A stretch of 64,000 nucleotides of DNA from Oscillospiraceae bacterium (GCA_015065005.1 SVRE01000004.1:1922-65921); one strand, 5' to 3'. Shown: positions 30,101-38,958, counted from the first letter of the stretch. A program made the numbers and translations. The notes: a model not told the origin generated them from the sequence alone.

Positions 30101-30952
30101 ATGTTGGATAATAAATTTTGTTCTTCCCAGCATCAAAAGGAAAACATATGCATAGACACATATAGAGTTTTGGATTCCTGTCGAGATAAAGACTGTTTCG
30201 AAAACGTTAGAGTGTATTTAACAGATTTTGGTGAAGAAATTATCGACCGTACATCAATAATCAGAGCTAAATGTGCCAAAATAGTGTCAGCTTACATTGA
30301 TATCAATGATGTTCCATTTAATAGAGGGTTTTATCAGCTTAATATCAAAATGTACGTGAAGCTTGTATTTGAAGCATGTATTTCACAGGGAAATATTCAA
30401 GAATTTGATGGTATTGCTGTTGTAGAGAAGAAGGTTATTCTTTACGGTAGTGAAGGAAATGTAAACGTCTTTAAGAGCGAGCAAAATGCATCTGGATTTT
30501 GTAATATAAAGCCATGTGAAGGTAGTTGTTCAAATAATTTACCGACTGCAGTGCTTGAAACAGTTGACCCAATAATACTGAATGTTAAGGTAGTAGAACC
30601 AAGGGCTTTCCCGTGTTGTTGCTGCTGTTGCATTGATGATATACCTGATTTTGTTTATAACCATATTAGCGGTAAGCTCTGCGATAGAGGAGATAAAGCA
30701 TTAGTTGTATCTCTCGGATTTTTCTCAGTAGTAAAAATTGAAAGACCTACTCAACTGATAGTTAACGCTACTGAATACAATATTCCTGATAAAGAGTGTA
30801 CAACAGCGCAAGAGGATGATCCTTGTACCTTATTTAAAGCTATGGCTTTTCCTGTAAATGAATTTTCACCGCCTACACTTGATACCTGTGCTTGTTCGGT
30901 TCAATTAATGAAACAAGACAGAGAGAAGGGAAAGGGCTGCGGTTGTAGTTAA
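30101..30952 (+). CDS. Cysteine-rich protein (22 Cys in 283 aa, CCCCCC run), possibly a spore coat or exosporium component
   Basis: GGAGG RBS. Cys count from the translation; hexa-Cys is encoded at 30614-30631; the C-terminus reads KGKGCGCS. No family recognised. Confidence 0.7.
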   Translation: MLDNKFCSSQHQKENICIDTYRVLDSCRDKDCFENVRVYLTDFGEEIIDRTSIIRAKCAKIVSAYIDINDVPFNRGFYQLNIKMYVKLVFEACISQGNIQEFDGIAVVEKKVILYGSEGNVNVFKSEQNASGFCNIKPCEGSCSNNLPTAVLETVDPIILNVKVVEPRAFPCCCCCCIDDIPDFVYNHISGKLCDRGDKALVVSLGFFSVVKIERPTQLIVNATEYNIPDKECTTAQEDDPCTLFKAMAFPVNEFSPPTLDTCACSVQLMKQDREKGKGCGCS

Positions 30953-30955
30953 AAA

Positions 30956-30983
30956 TAACCCCAAGGAATTTACCTTGGGGTTA
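30956..30983. terminator. Bidirectional hairpin between convergent genes
   Basis: TAACCCCAAGG-aattta-CCTTGGGGTTA. Confidence 0.75.
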
Positions 30984-30992
30984 TTTATCTAA

Positions 30993-31556
30993 TTAATTCA
31001 AATCAATAATGTGATCTGAATATAAGTCCACATCTTTCATATCATGGGAAATGATGATAACTGTTTTTCCTTGTAGCTTCGCAAAAATCTTAGGTAACAT
31101 CCTGTTTTTTAGTTCTTCATCAAGCGCTGAAAACGGTTCATCCATAAGCATTAAATCAGCATTGTAATATAAAGCACGTGCTAATGAAACACGCATTTTC
31201 ATGCCACCTGACAGTTCACTTGGCAAAAGAAAAGCATCATCTGTTAACTCTACAATTTTAAGTATTTCTTTTAGCTCGTCTGGTTCATCATCATTTCTGA
31301 CGATTTTAATATTTTCAGCAACAGATAAATAAGGAAATAGCCTTGGCTCTTGAAAAACAATAGACTTGCTATTTGTTATATTAATAATTTCTCCTGTAAA
31401 TTTGTCATCTAAACCAGCTAAAATTCGCAAAAGCGTTGTTTTACCACTTCCGCTGCTACCGATAATAAAGGTGACCTTTCCATCCGGTATTACGCATGAA
31501 AAATTATCAAAAATTATCTTATCATCGAAGGCTTTACATAGATTTTTGATTTCCAT
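30993..31556 (-). CDS. ABC transporter ATP-binding protein (short, NitT/TauT-like)
   Basis: Walker A GSSGSGKTT, signature LSGGMKMR, Walker B LMLMDEPFSALD and H-loop SHD. 187 aa. Confidence 0.9.
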   Translation of the reverse strand: MEIKNLCKAFDDKIIFDNFSCVIPDGKVTFIIGSSGSGKTTLLRILAGLDDKFTGEIINITNSKSIVFQEPRLFPYLSVAENIKIVRNDDEPDELKEILKIVELTDDAFLLPSELSGGMKMRVSLARALYYNADLMLMDEPFSALDEELKNRMLPKIFAKLQGKTVIIISHDMKDVDLYSDHIIDLN

Positions 31557-32334
31557 ATTTACCTCTTGTGCTAACGATATATTTTCTAAACATATACTTG
31601 ATCAAACGAGTAATCAATAATTCAAAAATTAAACTAAGTACAATCACAGATACAGTCCAAGCAAATAAATCAACACCGTTAAAGTAATATTTAGCATTAA
31701 ATATTGCCTCACCGATTGACCATTTTGGAGAGCACAGTACCTCAGCAGCTATTCCTGCTTTCCACGAAAGTCCGATGCCGGACACAAGTGAAGAAACAAA
31801 GTAGGGAATAACTGATGGAAAATAAACCGCTTTAAATGCTTTAAATTTAGATAATTTATAGCTTTTGCATACCTCAATCAAATCCTTGTCAACGCACTTA
31901 ATTCCTTCATATAGATTAGTCCAAACAATAGGAAGCATCATAAGAACTGTTATTATTACAGGTGTTTTCTGATCTCCCAAAAAAATCCAAATAACCAACA
32001 CAAAGGATGCTATAGGAGTTGCTTTTATAATTGTTAACAAAGGATAAAAAATATCGTATGCAAATTTAAAAAATGTGCAAAATATTGCCAAAATAATTCC
32101 TATAACTATTCCGATAAGCATCCCAGAAAAAACCCTTAGAATTGAGGCAAAAGAGGAGAAAATAAAGCCTTTTGTTATTGCAAGCTCTAAAAGCCTTTTA
32201 ATAACATCCAAGGGTTCTGGGAATAGCACTGGGACATTGAGCAAAATAGCACAAATCTCCCAAATTAACAGCCAAAATGCTGCTATAAGAATGTATTTGA
32301 CTATTCTAAGAGAATATTTTTTGAAATTACTCAT
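31534..32334 (-). CDS. ABC transporter permease
   Basis: Multi-TM binding-protein-dependent permease fold. Start chosen at MSNFKKYS (32334), overlapping the stop of the SBP gene. Confidence 0.85.
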   Translation of the reverse strand: MSNFKKYSLRIVKYILIAAFWLLIWEICAILLNVPVLFPEPLDVIKRLLELAITKGFIFSSFASILRVFSGMLIGIVIGIILAIFCTFFKFAYDIFYPLLTIIKATPIASFVLVIWIFLGDQKTPVIITVLMMLPIVWTNLYEGIKCVDKDLIEVCKSYKLSKFKAFKAVYFPSVIPYFVSSLVSGIGLSWKAGIAAEVLCSPKWSIGEAIFNAKYYFNGVDLFAWTVSVIVLSLIFELLITRLIKYMFRKYIVSTRGKYGNQKSM

Positions 32335-33304
32335 TAATATAATAGAAGTTTCCCTCAGAAAGCTTAATTCCAAGCTCATCTAAAAAGTTTTGCATTTTAT
32401 TTTTCATATCTTTATTAACAACGTAAACTATGTTGCAACTCGGGATTGCTTTTTCTGCTAACTTAGCATCAGCAGCTATTTCGTATTTAACGATGTATTC
32501 AGCAGCTTTAGCAGGATTTTCATTTGTGAATTTAATGGAGCTTTCGTATTCAGCTAAGAAAGCTTTTATAGCATCTGGATTTTTCTCAATAAAATCGGTT
32601 CTGGCAACAATACAACCTTGAACAAGCTCTTCGTCAGAAACCTTGTTCCATTCTTCTGTTATATCAAGTGCTATTCTGTAGCCCGCCTGTTCTTTTTTGG
32701 TAAGAACCTGAGTAGCCATAGGCTGTGGAATAACCGCTATATCAATGTCGATAGCGATTTCAACACCGCTTTCATCCTTGGTTTTTTGAGAAAGAAAAGC
32801 ACTTGTTAATTCTTGAGGTGAAGAGATACTAGTTTTAACCTCTGCATTTATATTATTTTTTTGCAAGATAAAGTTTAAAATTTGCGCTGGGTTTTGAGCA
32901 GGACAATATATAGTTTTTCCCTCTAAATCACCAATATTTTCGATCTTTTCTCCATCAGCGTTTTGCATAACAGTTAACACTCCGAGTGTATTGATAGCTA
33001 AAATTTGAATACCACCGTTGGTCTTATTGTATGTTGCTGCAGCTAAATTTGTTGGAACTGCTGCAATATCAACGGTGCCTGCTATCAAGTCACCCTGAAT
33101 TTTAGTTGCATCCTTTTGAACTGTGAAGCTATAATTGTTATTAGTTTCACCATTTGCGTTTTTTTCCATTAATTGAGCCATTCCAAATCCGGTTGTTCCG
33201 TTGAGTACTTCTACCTTAACTTCGGCTTTTTCCTCGTTACCGCAGGAAATAAGAATTCCAAGTGAAAGAATAAGTACAAGTAAAAGTGATAAAAATCTTT
33301 TCAT
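32327..33304 (-). CDS. ABC substrate-binding lipoprotein (NMT1/THI5-like, aliphatic sulfonate/HMP type)
   Basis: Signal peptide with lipobox LISC. 325 aa periplasmic-binding-protein-like sequence. Confidence 0.75.
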   Translation of the reverse strand: MKRFLSLLLVLILSLGILISCGNEEKAEVKVEVLNGTTGFGMAQLMEKNANGETNNNYSFTVQKDATKIQGDLIAGTVDIAAVPTNLAAATYNKTNGGIQILAINTLGVLTVMQNADGEKIENIGDLEGKTIYCPAQNPAQILNFILQKNNINAEVKTSISSPQELTSAFLSQKTKDESGVEIAIDIDIAVIPQPMATQVLTKKEQAGYRIALDITEEWNKVSDEELVQGCIVARTDFIEKNPDAIKAFLAEYESSIKFTNENPAKAAEYIVKYEIAADAKLAEKAIPSCNIVYVVNKDMKNKMQNFLDELGIKLSEGNFYYINE

Positions 33305-33306
33305 AA

Positions 33307-33939
33307 TTACACCTCGTTAAAAATTATTTTTTTATCAATTTTTGTGATTGCACCACTGTTTTCAAGTTTTTCAAATGCTCTATATAGAGTGGCGCGTCCT
33401 ATACCAAGCATTTTTGCGACGGTTGACATATCTACATTTAATTCAAGCTCATTATCGCTATGCGGTAATTGTAAAAGATAGGTATAAAGCTTATTTTCAG
33501 CGCTTTTTGCGGTGTAAGCGTTGATTTTTTTGTTTAAAAAGCTAACTTTATTCGCGAGAAATTCAATGTAGTTTATGGAAACAACGTTGCTTTCAATGAT
33601 ACACTTTTCAACAAAGCCTTTATCTATAGCAATTACCTGGCAATCGGTTACAGCTTGAACTACAGTAGAGTAGGTTGGCTTATCAAAAAGTGCAGCAGCA
33701 CCGTAAATACCATTTTTACCCAATTTATTGATAATTACACCATTAACATCGGATTTGATTATAGCTTTCCCTTTCGTTATGATCCCTATGGTGTCACATG
33801 TACTACAGCTTTGTATTATTTCGCCTTGGGAAAACTTTTTTTCGCAAATTCCATCAAAGGTCAAAAAATAATCAATCTTTTCATCCTGAATATTCTTAAA
33901 CAAAAAGAAATTATCTTTCAAAAACTTTCGTATATCCAT
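33307..33939 (-). CDS. Crp/Fnr-family transcriptional regulator
   Basis: N-terminal cNMP-binding-like beta-roll and C-terminal HTH (STVAKMLGIGRATLYRAFEKLE). Confidence 0.88.
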   Translation of the reverse strand: MDIRKFLKDNFFLFKNIQDEKIDYFLTFDGICEKKFSQGEIIQSCSTCDTIGIITKGKAIIKSDVNGVIINKLGKNGIYGAAALFDKPTYSTVVQAVTDCQVIAIDKGFVEKCIIESNVVSINYIEFLANKVSFLNKKINAYTAKSAENKLYTYLLQLPHSDNELELNVDMSTVAKMLGIGRATLYRAFEKLENSGAITKIDKKIIFNEV

Positions 33940-33961
33940 AAAATCACCATTTCTTTTAAAA

Positions 33962-33979
33962 GTGTATCATTTGATACAC
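33962..33979. promoter_or_regulatory. Perfect 18-bp palindrome: candidate operator of the Crp/Fnr-ABC operon
   Basis: GTGTATCA-TT-TGATACAC. It starts 2 nt downstream of the minus-strand -10 element. Confidence 0.55.
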
Positions 33980-33981
33980 AT

Positions 33982-34010
33982 ATAGTAACATTTATTTTAA
34001 AAAAAGTCAA
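33982..34010 (-). promoter_or_regulatory. Sigma-A type promoter of the Crp/Fnr-ABC operon
   Basis: On the minus strand: TTGACT, a 17-nt spacer, then TACTAT. Confidence 0.5.
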
Positions 34011-34087
34011 GTATTTTTATTAAATATCTTGATTTTTCTTTCAAAATATTATATCATATAATGGAAAATAGATAAAGGAGTAATTTC

Positions 34088-35101
34088 ATGGCAATTTTAG
34101 TAACAGGAGGAACAGGATTTATAGGTTCCCATACAGTAGTTCAACTGTTAAATGATAACAGAGAGGTTGTTATTTTAGATAACCTTTGTAATTCTAAATT
34201 GTGCGTTTTGGATAGAATTGAAGAGATTACCGGTAAAATGCCCAAGTTTTATAAGGGTGATATTTTAAATATTGAAGATATTGAAAAAGTATTTGAAGAA
34301 AACACAATAGATTCTGTAATTCACTTTGCTGGCTTAAAGGCTGTCGGAGAGAGCGTTGCTAAGCCGATGTTGTATTACAATAATAACGTAACCGGTACTT
34401 TAAATCTTTGTAATGTTATGTCAAAGCATAACTGTAAGAGAATTGTTTTTTCTTCTTCCGCGACTGTATATGGAAAGCCAAAGTCTGTTCCTATTAATGA
34501 AGATTTTCCTTTATCTACAACTAACCCTTACGGTGAAACCAAGCTAATGATAGAGAGAATCCTTTCTGATATTTATGTTTCTGATAATGAATGGAGCGTT
34601 TCAATTCTCAGATATTTTAACCCTATCGGCGCTCACGAAAGCGGTTTGATGGGAGAGGATCCTAAAGGAATTCCAAATAATCTTTTGCCATATGTTGCAA
34701 GGGTTGCTTTTGGCAAATATGATCATGTAAATGTATTTGGTAATGACTATGCAACACACGATGGTACAGGTGTTCGTGATTATATTCACGTTGTTGACCT
34801 TGCAAATGCACATCTGAAGGCGCTTGACAGAGCTACAAAGGTTACGGGAGTAGAGAAATTCAATATTGGTACAGGCATTGGATATTCTGTTCTTGATATT
34901 ATTCACGCATTTGAAAAGGCTGTTGGACACGAGATTAAATATGAAATTTGTGAAAGACGCCCAGGCGATATTGATGAGTGCTATGCAAACCCTAATAAGG
35001 CATATGAGATTCTTGGCTGGAAAGCGAATTATGATATCAACAAAATGTGCTTAGATGCTGCTAATTGGCAAATGAAAAATCCTGATGGTTATGGAGATTG
35101 A
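34088..35101 (+). CDS. galE: UDP-glucose 4-epimerase
   Basis: VTGGTGFIGSH Rossmann motif and YGETK catalytic motif. 337 aa. Confidence 0.95.
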   Translation: MAILVTGGTGFIGSHTVVQLLNDNREVVILDNLCNSKLCVLDRIEEITGKMPKFYKGDILNIEDIEKVFEENTIDSVIHFAGLKAVGESVAKPMLYYNNNVTGTLNLCNVMSKHNCKRIVFSSSATVYGKPKSVPINEDFPLSTTNPYGETKLMIERILSDIYVSDNEWSVSILRYFNPIGAHESGLMGEDPKGIPNNLLPYVARVAFGKYDHVNVFGNDYATHDGTGVRDYIHVVDLANAHLKALDRATKVTGVEKFNIGTGIGYSVLDIIHAFEKAVGHEIKYEICERRPGDIDECYANPNKAYEILGWKANYDINKMCLDAANWQMKNPDGYGD

Positions 35102-36156
35102 TAATGATTAAGAAAGAATTATTTGGTAAAATGCCTTGCGGATGCGAAGTTTATGCATATACTCTTGTCAACGCAATCGGTGCCAGTGTTAAAGTAATTA
35201 CGCTTGGCGCAACTCTTGTTTCAATCAATGTACCTGATATAGAAGGCGAATTTGCTGACGTAATTTGCGGTTACGATGATGTTGACTCCTACTTGAATAA
35301 CAGCGGATATCAAGGCGCCATTATCGGTAGATTCGGAAATAGAATCAAAAATTCATCATTTTCTCTTGATGGTGTAGAGTATAAGCTTTATAACAACGAG
35401 GGCGACAACCATTTGCATGGAGGTAAAAAAGGCTTTGACAAAAAGCTTTGGAATGCAAAGGCATGGGAAGTGGACACCACTATATTTTTAGAGATGACAT
35501 ATTTTAGTGAAGATATGGAAGAGGGTTACCCCGGTAATTTAACCGTTAAGGTCCTTTATTCTTTTGATCACACAAATACTTTATCAATTAAGTATTTGGC
35601 ATCAACAGATAAAAAGACAGTGCTGAATTTAACTAACCATGCTTATTTTAACTTATGTGGATGCGGTTCAAGTAAAATTCTTAATCATACCCTTTGGTTA
35701 GATGCAGATAAGATTTCTGAGATTGATGAAAATTTAATTCCTACGGGCAAAGAATTATCTGTTGAGAACACTCCTTTTGATTTCAGAACAGAAAAGCGCA
35801 TTGGCAAAGATATTGATGCTGATAACCAAATATTGAGTTATGGTAAGGGTTATGACCACAACTATGTTTTAAATAATAAGGGAGAAGTGAAGCACATTGC
35901 TACTTTGAAGGACACTTATTCCGGAAGAAGTATGTTAGTTTACACAAATCAGCCTTGTATTCAAATCTATACTGCAAACTGCATTAATGAAGAGGAATCA
36001 CCGTTTAAGAATAACGTTCCGCAAAAAAAGAGATGTGCGATTTGCATGGAGACCCAGCATGCACCAAATTCACCTAACATACCTGAATTTCCAAGTTGTG
36101 AATTGAATCCTTGGGAAATCTACGATTACACAACTATTTTTAAATTTGAAAGATAA
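35098..36156 (+). CDS. galM: Aldose 1-epimerase (galactose mutarotase)
   Basis: NHLHGG and NHAYFNL motifs. Overlaps the galE stop. Confidence 0.9.
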   Translation: MIMIKKELFGKMPCGCEVYAYTLVNAIGASVKVITLGATLVSINVPDIEGEFADVICGYDDVDSYLNNSGYQGAIIGRFGNRIKNSSFSLDGVEYKLYNNEGDNHLHGGKKGFDKKLWNAKAWEVDTTIFLEMTYFSEDMEEGYPGNLTVKVLYSFDHTNTLSIKYLASTDKKTVLNLTNHAYFNLCGCGSSKILNHTLWLDADKISEIDENLIPTGKELSVENTPFDFRTEKRIGKDIDADNQILSYGKGYDHNYVLNNKGEVKHIATLKDTYSGRSMLVYTNQPCIQIYTANCINEEESPFKNNVPQKKRCAICMETQHAPNSPNIPEFPSCELNPWEIYDYTTIFKFER

Positions 36157-36161
36157 CGTTT

Positions 36162-36190
36162 AAAACTCGCATTTTTATGCGAGTTTTTTC
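36162..36190 (+). terminator. Intrinsic terminator of galE-galM
   Basis: AAAACTCGCAT-tttt-ATGCGAGTTTT followed by a T run. Confidence 0.85.
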
Positions 36191-36226
36191 ATATATTTAA
36201 CTAAAACAACCTAAAAAGAGGAATTT

Positions 36227-36493
36227 ATGGTTAAATATTATACATTAGAGGAAAGATGTAAAACGTTGGCTGAATTTTTAATTAATAACAAGGCAACTGT
36301 AAGGGAGACGGCAAAAAAATTTGGAATTAGTAAATCAACTGTACATAAAGATATAACTGAAAAACTACCTAATTATAATTTTGCGCTATACACTCAAGCA
36401 TGGAACATTTTACAACTTAACAAATCCGAAAGGCATTTGCGCGGAGGCGAGGCTACCAAGAAAAAGTACGAAAACAAAACAAGTAAAATTTAA
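36227..36493 (+). CDS. spoIIID: Stage III sporulation protein D (mother-cell transcription factor)
   Basis: 88 aa with the FGISKSTVHKDITEKLP HTH and ERHLRGGEATKKKY, as in B. subtilis SpoIIID. Confidence 0.93.
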   Translation: MVKYYTLEERCKTLAEFLINNKATVRETAKKFGISKSTVHKDITEKLPNYNFALYTQAWNILQLNKSERHLRGGEATKKKYENKTSKI

Positions 36494-36540
36494 TTATAAT
36501 ACAATTGATTAAATTAAATAAAAATAATTGTCTTTTCACG

Positions 36541-36576
36541 AAGAGTGCTTAGCTAAATATAAGCACTCTTTTATTT
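36541..36576 (+). terminator. Intrinsic terminator of spoIIID
   Basis: AAGAGTGCTT-10 nt-AAGCACTCTT followed by TTATTT. Confidence 0.8.
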
Positions 36577-36583
36577 GTAAAAT

Positions 36584-36735
36584 CCGGCTCCCCGAGCCCA
36601 GTGGCGGTGAACGAACTGCCGTATAAACCCGAAGGGGCAAGCGATAGAGTAAGACAAAGCCTGTGCCTTTAAATTCAAGGCTAATTATACAAAATCCAAA
36701 TTTTATATAATTAGGGGAATGGGAAATTAGCCTTT
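36584..36735 (+). other. G+C-rich structured island plus a long AT hairpin, possibly a small RNA or cis element; class unknown
   Basis: 36584-36667 is 51/84 G+C by my count, in AT-rich surroundings. Local hairpins are GGCTC-ccc-GAGCC and GGCGG-tgaacgaa-CTGCC. A 15-bp hairpin at 36681-36714 competes with the pairing AAGGCTAATT/AATTAGCCTT (36677-36686 with 36726-36735). Confidence 0.3.
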
Positions 36736-36836
36736 AAATATACGAATATTAGATATTTGATATTTTTAGCATTTTTTATAGAATTTATCTAAACTTTATT
36801 TATTGCAAATATTATTTAAAAAATATTAAATTGCTA

Positions 36837-36865
36837 TTGACAAATTTGATTTTGCGTGATATACT
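36837..36865 (+). promoter_or_regulatory. Sigma-A type promoter of ylxM-ffh
   Basis: TTGACA, a 17-nt spacer, then TATACT with an upstream TGn (extended -10). Confidence 0.6.
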
Positions 36866-36903
36866 TGTAAAGTAATTTGGTTTACACCAGTGCGGAGGTT
36901 ATT

Positions 36904-37260
36904 ATGTTTGAAAAAAATCTTAGTATTTCTCTTTTACTGGATTTCTACGGTGATATTCTTACTGAGCGTCAAAATGAAATGCTTAATATGTATTATAATG
37001 AAGATTGCTCGCTTTCTGAAATTGCCGATAGCTTTTCTATTTCAAGACAAGGCGTTCGTAGTGTACTTAAAAAAGCTGAGGGCGTTTTAATTGATATGGA
37101 GGACAAATTACATCTTGCATCACGTTTTATTAAAATGCGTGATAAGTCATCTGAAATTGCGTCTGAGCTACAGATTATTAATTCAAATATCAATAATGGC
37201 GAAATTTCTTCTAAAATTCATTCTTTAATTGAGGAAATTAAAGAAATGGCTGAATATTAA
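36904..37260 (+). CDS. ylxM: YlxM/UPF0122 putative DNA-binding protein
   Basis: About 118 aa with a sigma-70 region-4-like HTH (LSEIADSFSISRQGVRSVLKKA). Conserved partner upstream of ffh. GGAGG lies before ATG 36904. Confidence 0.88.
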   Translation: MFEKNLSISLLLDFYGDILTERQNEMLNMYYNEDCSLSEIADSFSISRQGVRSVLKKAEGVLIDMEDKLHLASRFIKMRDKSSEIASELQIINSNINNGEISSKIHSLIEEIKEMAEY

Positions 37261-37271
37261 AGGGGGTTATT

Positions 37272-38612
37272 ATGGCATTTCAGAGTTTAACTGAAAAGCT
37301 TGCAAACGCCTTCAAGCGATTCAGAAGTAAGGGAAAACTAACGGCGAGCGATGTCAAGGAAGGTATGCGCGAAATTAAATTAGCGTTGCTTGAGGCTGAT
37401 GTTAGCTTTAAAGTAGTTAAAGATTTTATTAAAAATGTTACAGAGCGTGCTATCGGCTCTGAGGTTTTGGAAAGCTTATTACCTGCACAGCAGGTTGTTA
37501 AAATTGTTAATGAAGAGCTTATTAACTTAATGGGAAAAACCCAGGCGAAGCTTGAAATTGCTTCTAAGCCACCAACAGTTATAATGATGGCTGGTTTACA
37601 GGGTGCCGGTAAAACAACACACGCGGGAAAATTAGCAGGTCTTTATAAAAAACAAGGCAAAAATCCATTGCTTGTAGCTTGCGATATTTACCGTCCTGCT
37701 GCTATTAAGCAACTGCAAATTGTTGGTGAAAAGCTTGGTATTCCTGTATATGCTGAGGAAAAATCAAAAAATCCCGTATCTATTGCAAAAAACGCTATGG
37801 ATTTTGCCCGTAAAAACGGTCACGATATGGTATTTATTGATACCGCAGGTAGATTGCACATTGATGAGGTTCTTATGAAGGAGCTTCAGGATATTAAGAC
37901 CGCAACCGAGCCAACTGAAATTCTTTTAGTTATAGATTCTATGCTTGGTCAGGATGCTGTTAATGTGGCAGAAACCTTTAATAATATGCTTGAAATTACC
38001 GGTGTTATCCTTACAAAGCTTGATGGTGATACACGTGGCGGTGCGGCATTGTCTGTGCGCTACGTAACCGGAAAACCAATTAAATTTATTGGTACAGGCG
38101 AAAAAATGGATGCTATTGAGCCGTTTTATCCGGATCGTATGGCATCAAGAATACTTGGTATGGGTGATGTTCTCTCTTTGATTGAGAAAGCTGAGGAGGC
38201 CTTTGATAAAAAGAAGGCTGAAGAGCTTGAGAGAAAAATGAAAGAAAATTCCTTTACCTTAACTGATTATCTTGAGCAATTAGCTCAGCTTAAAAAAATG
38301 GGTTCCTTGGAAAGCATGCTTGCTATGATTCCCGGTATGAGCGGGAAGGATGTTCAAATTGATGAGAATATGCTTATGCATACAGAGGCTATTATTCTTT
38401 CAATGACACCAAAGGAACGACAAAACCCTGATATTATCTCTTCTTCTCGCAAAAAGAGGATTGCGGCAGGTAGCGGCACGAGTGTTGAGGAAATAAACAA
38501 GCTGCTTAAGCAATTTGAGCAGATGAGAAAAATGATGAAGCAGGTATCCTCCGGCAAATTCAACGGATTTGGCGGATTTGGTAAAAAGATGAAAATGCCG
38601 TTTAAGATTTAA
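37272..38612 (+). CDS. ffh: Signal recognition particle protein Ffh
   Basis: GLQGAGKTT, DTAGR and TKLDGD motifs, with a Met-rich M domain. Confidence 0.97.
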   Translation: MAFQSLTEKLANAFKRFRSKGKLTASDVKEGMREIKLALLEADVSFKVVKDFIKNVTERAIGSEVLESLLPAQQVVKIVNEELINLMGKTQAKLEIASKPPTVIMMAGLQGAGKTTHAGKLAGLYKKQGKNPLLVACDIYRPAAIKQLQIVGEKLGIPVYAEEKSKNPVSIAKNAMDFARKNGHDMVFIDTAGRLHIDEVLMKELQDIKTATEPTEILLVIDSMLGQDAVNVAETFNNMLEITGVILTKLDGDTRGGAALSVRYVTGKPIKFIGTGEKMDAIEPFYPDRMASRILGMGDVLSLIEKAEEAFDKKKAEELERKMKENSFTLTDYLEQLAQLKKMGSLESMLAMIPGMSGKDVQIDENMLMHTEAIILSMTPKERQNPDIISSSRKKRIAAGSGTSVEEINKLLKQFEQMRKMMKQVSSGKFNGFGGFGKKMKMPFKI

Positions 38613-38663
38613 TGGCTTTTTATAAAAATTTTAATATATTCAATTTATTGGAGGAAAAACAAA

Positions 38664-38909
38664 ATGGCAGTTAAAATGAGACTTAGAAGAATGGGCGCTA
38701 AGAAGGCTCCTTTCTATCGCGTAATTGTTGCTGATGAAAGATCACCAAGAGACGGTAAGTTTATCGATGAAATCGGTTACTACAACCCACTTACTAACCC
38801 AGCTGAGGTTAAGATTGACGCTGAAAAGGCTGAAAAGTGGTTGAACAACGGTGCTCAACCAACAGAAACTGTAAAATCTCTTCTTAAGAAAAGCGGCATC
38901 GTAAAGTAA
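38664..38909 (+). CDS. rpsP: 30S ribosomal protein S16
   Basis: N-terminus [24 protein letters not shown]. Confidence 0.96.
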   Translation: MAVKMRLRRMGAKKAPFYRVIVADERSPRDGKFIDEIGYYNPLTNPAEVKIDAEKAEKWLNNGAQPTETVKSLLKKSGIVK

Positions 38910-38958
38910 TCTAAAGTACAGAAAGGTGATTATTTTTACGAATAATCAAGGTGTGAAA

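Noticed and set aside
30993-31556. The short (187 aa) ABC ATPase might be a truncated pseudogene.
   Set aside because: All catalytic motifs from Walker A through the H-loop are intact, and the gene overlaps the permease gene in a normal coupled arrangement. It only lacks a C-terminal regulatory extension.
36584-36667. Partial resemblances of the G+C-rich island to riboswitch cores: CCGAAGGGGCAA (glycine), GGCAA...GACAAAGCC (c-di-GMP-I), and GCCACTGGG on the minus strand (cobalamin).
   Set aside because: In each case only one short string matches. The partner conserved elements (GGAGAG and CUCAGGCAAAAGGAC; the GNRA tetraloop/receptor helices; the B12 box and GGTGAAAnTCC) are missing. The element is also separated from the downstream genes by their promoter.
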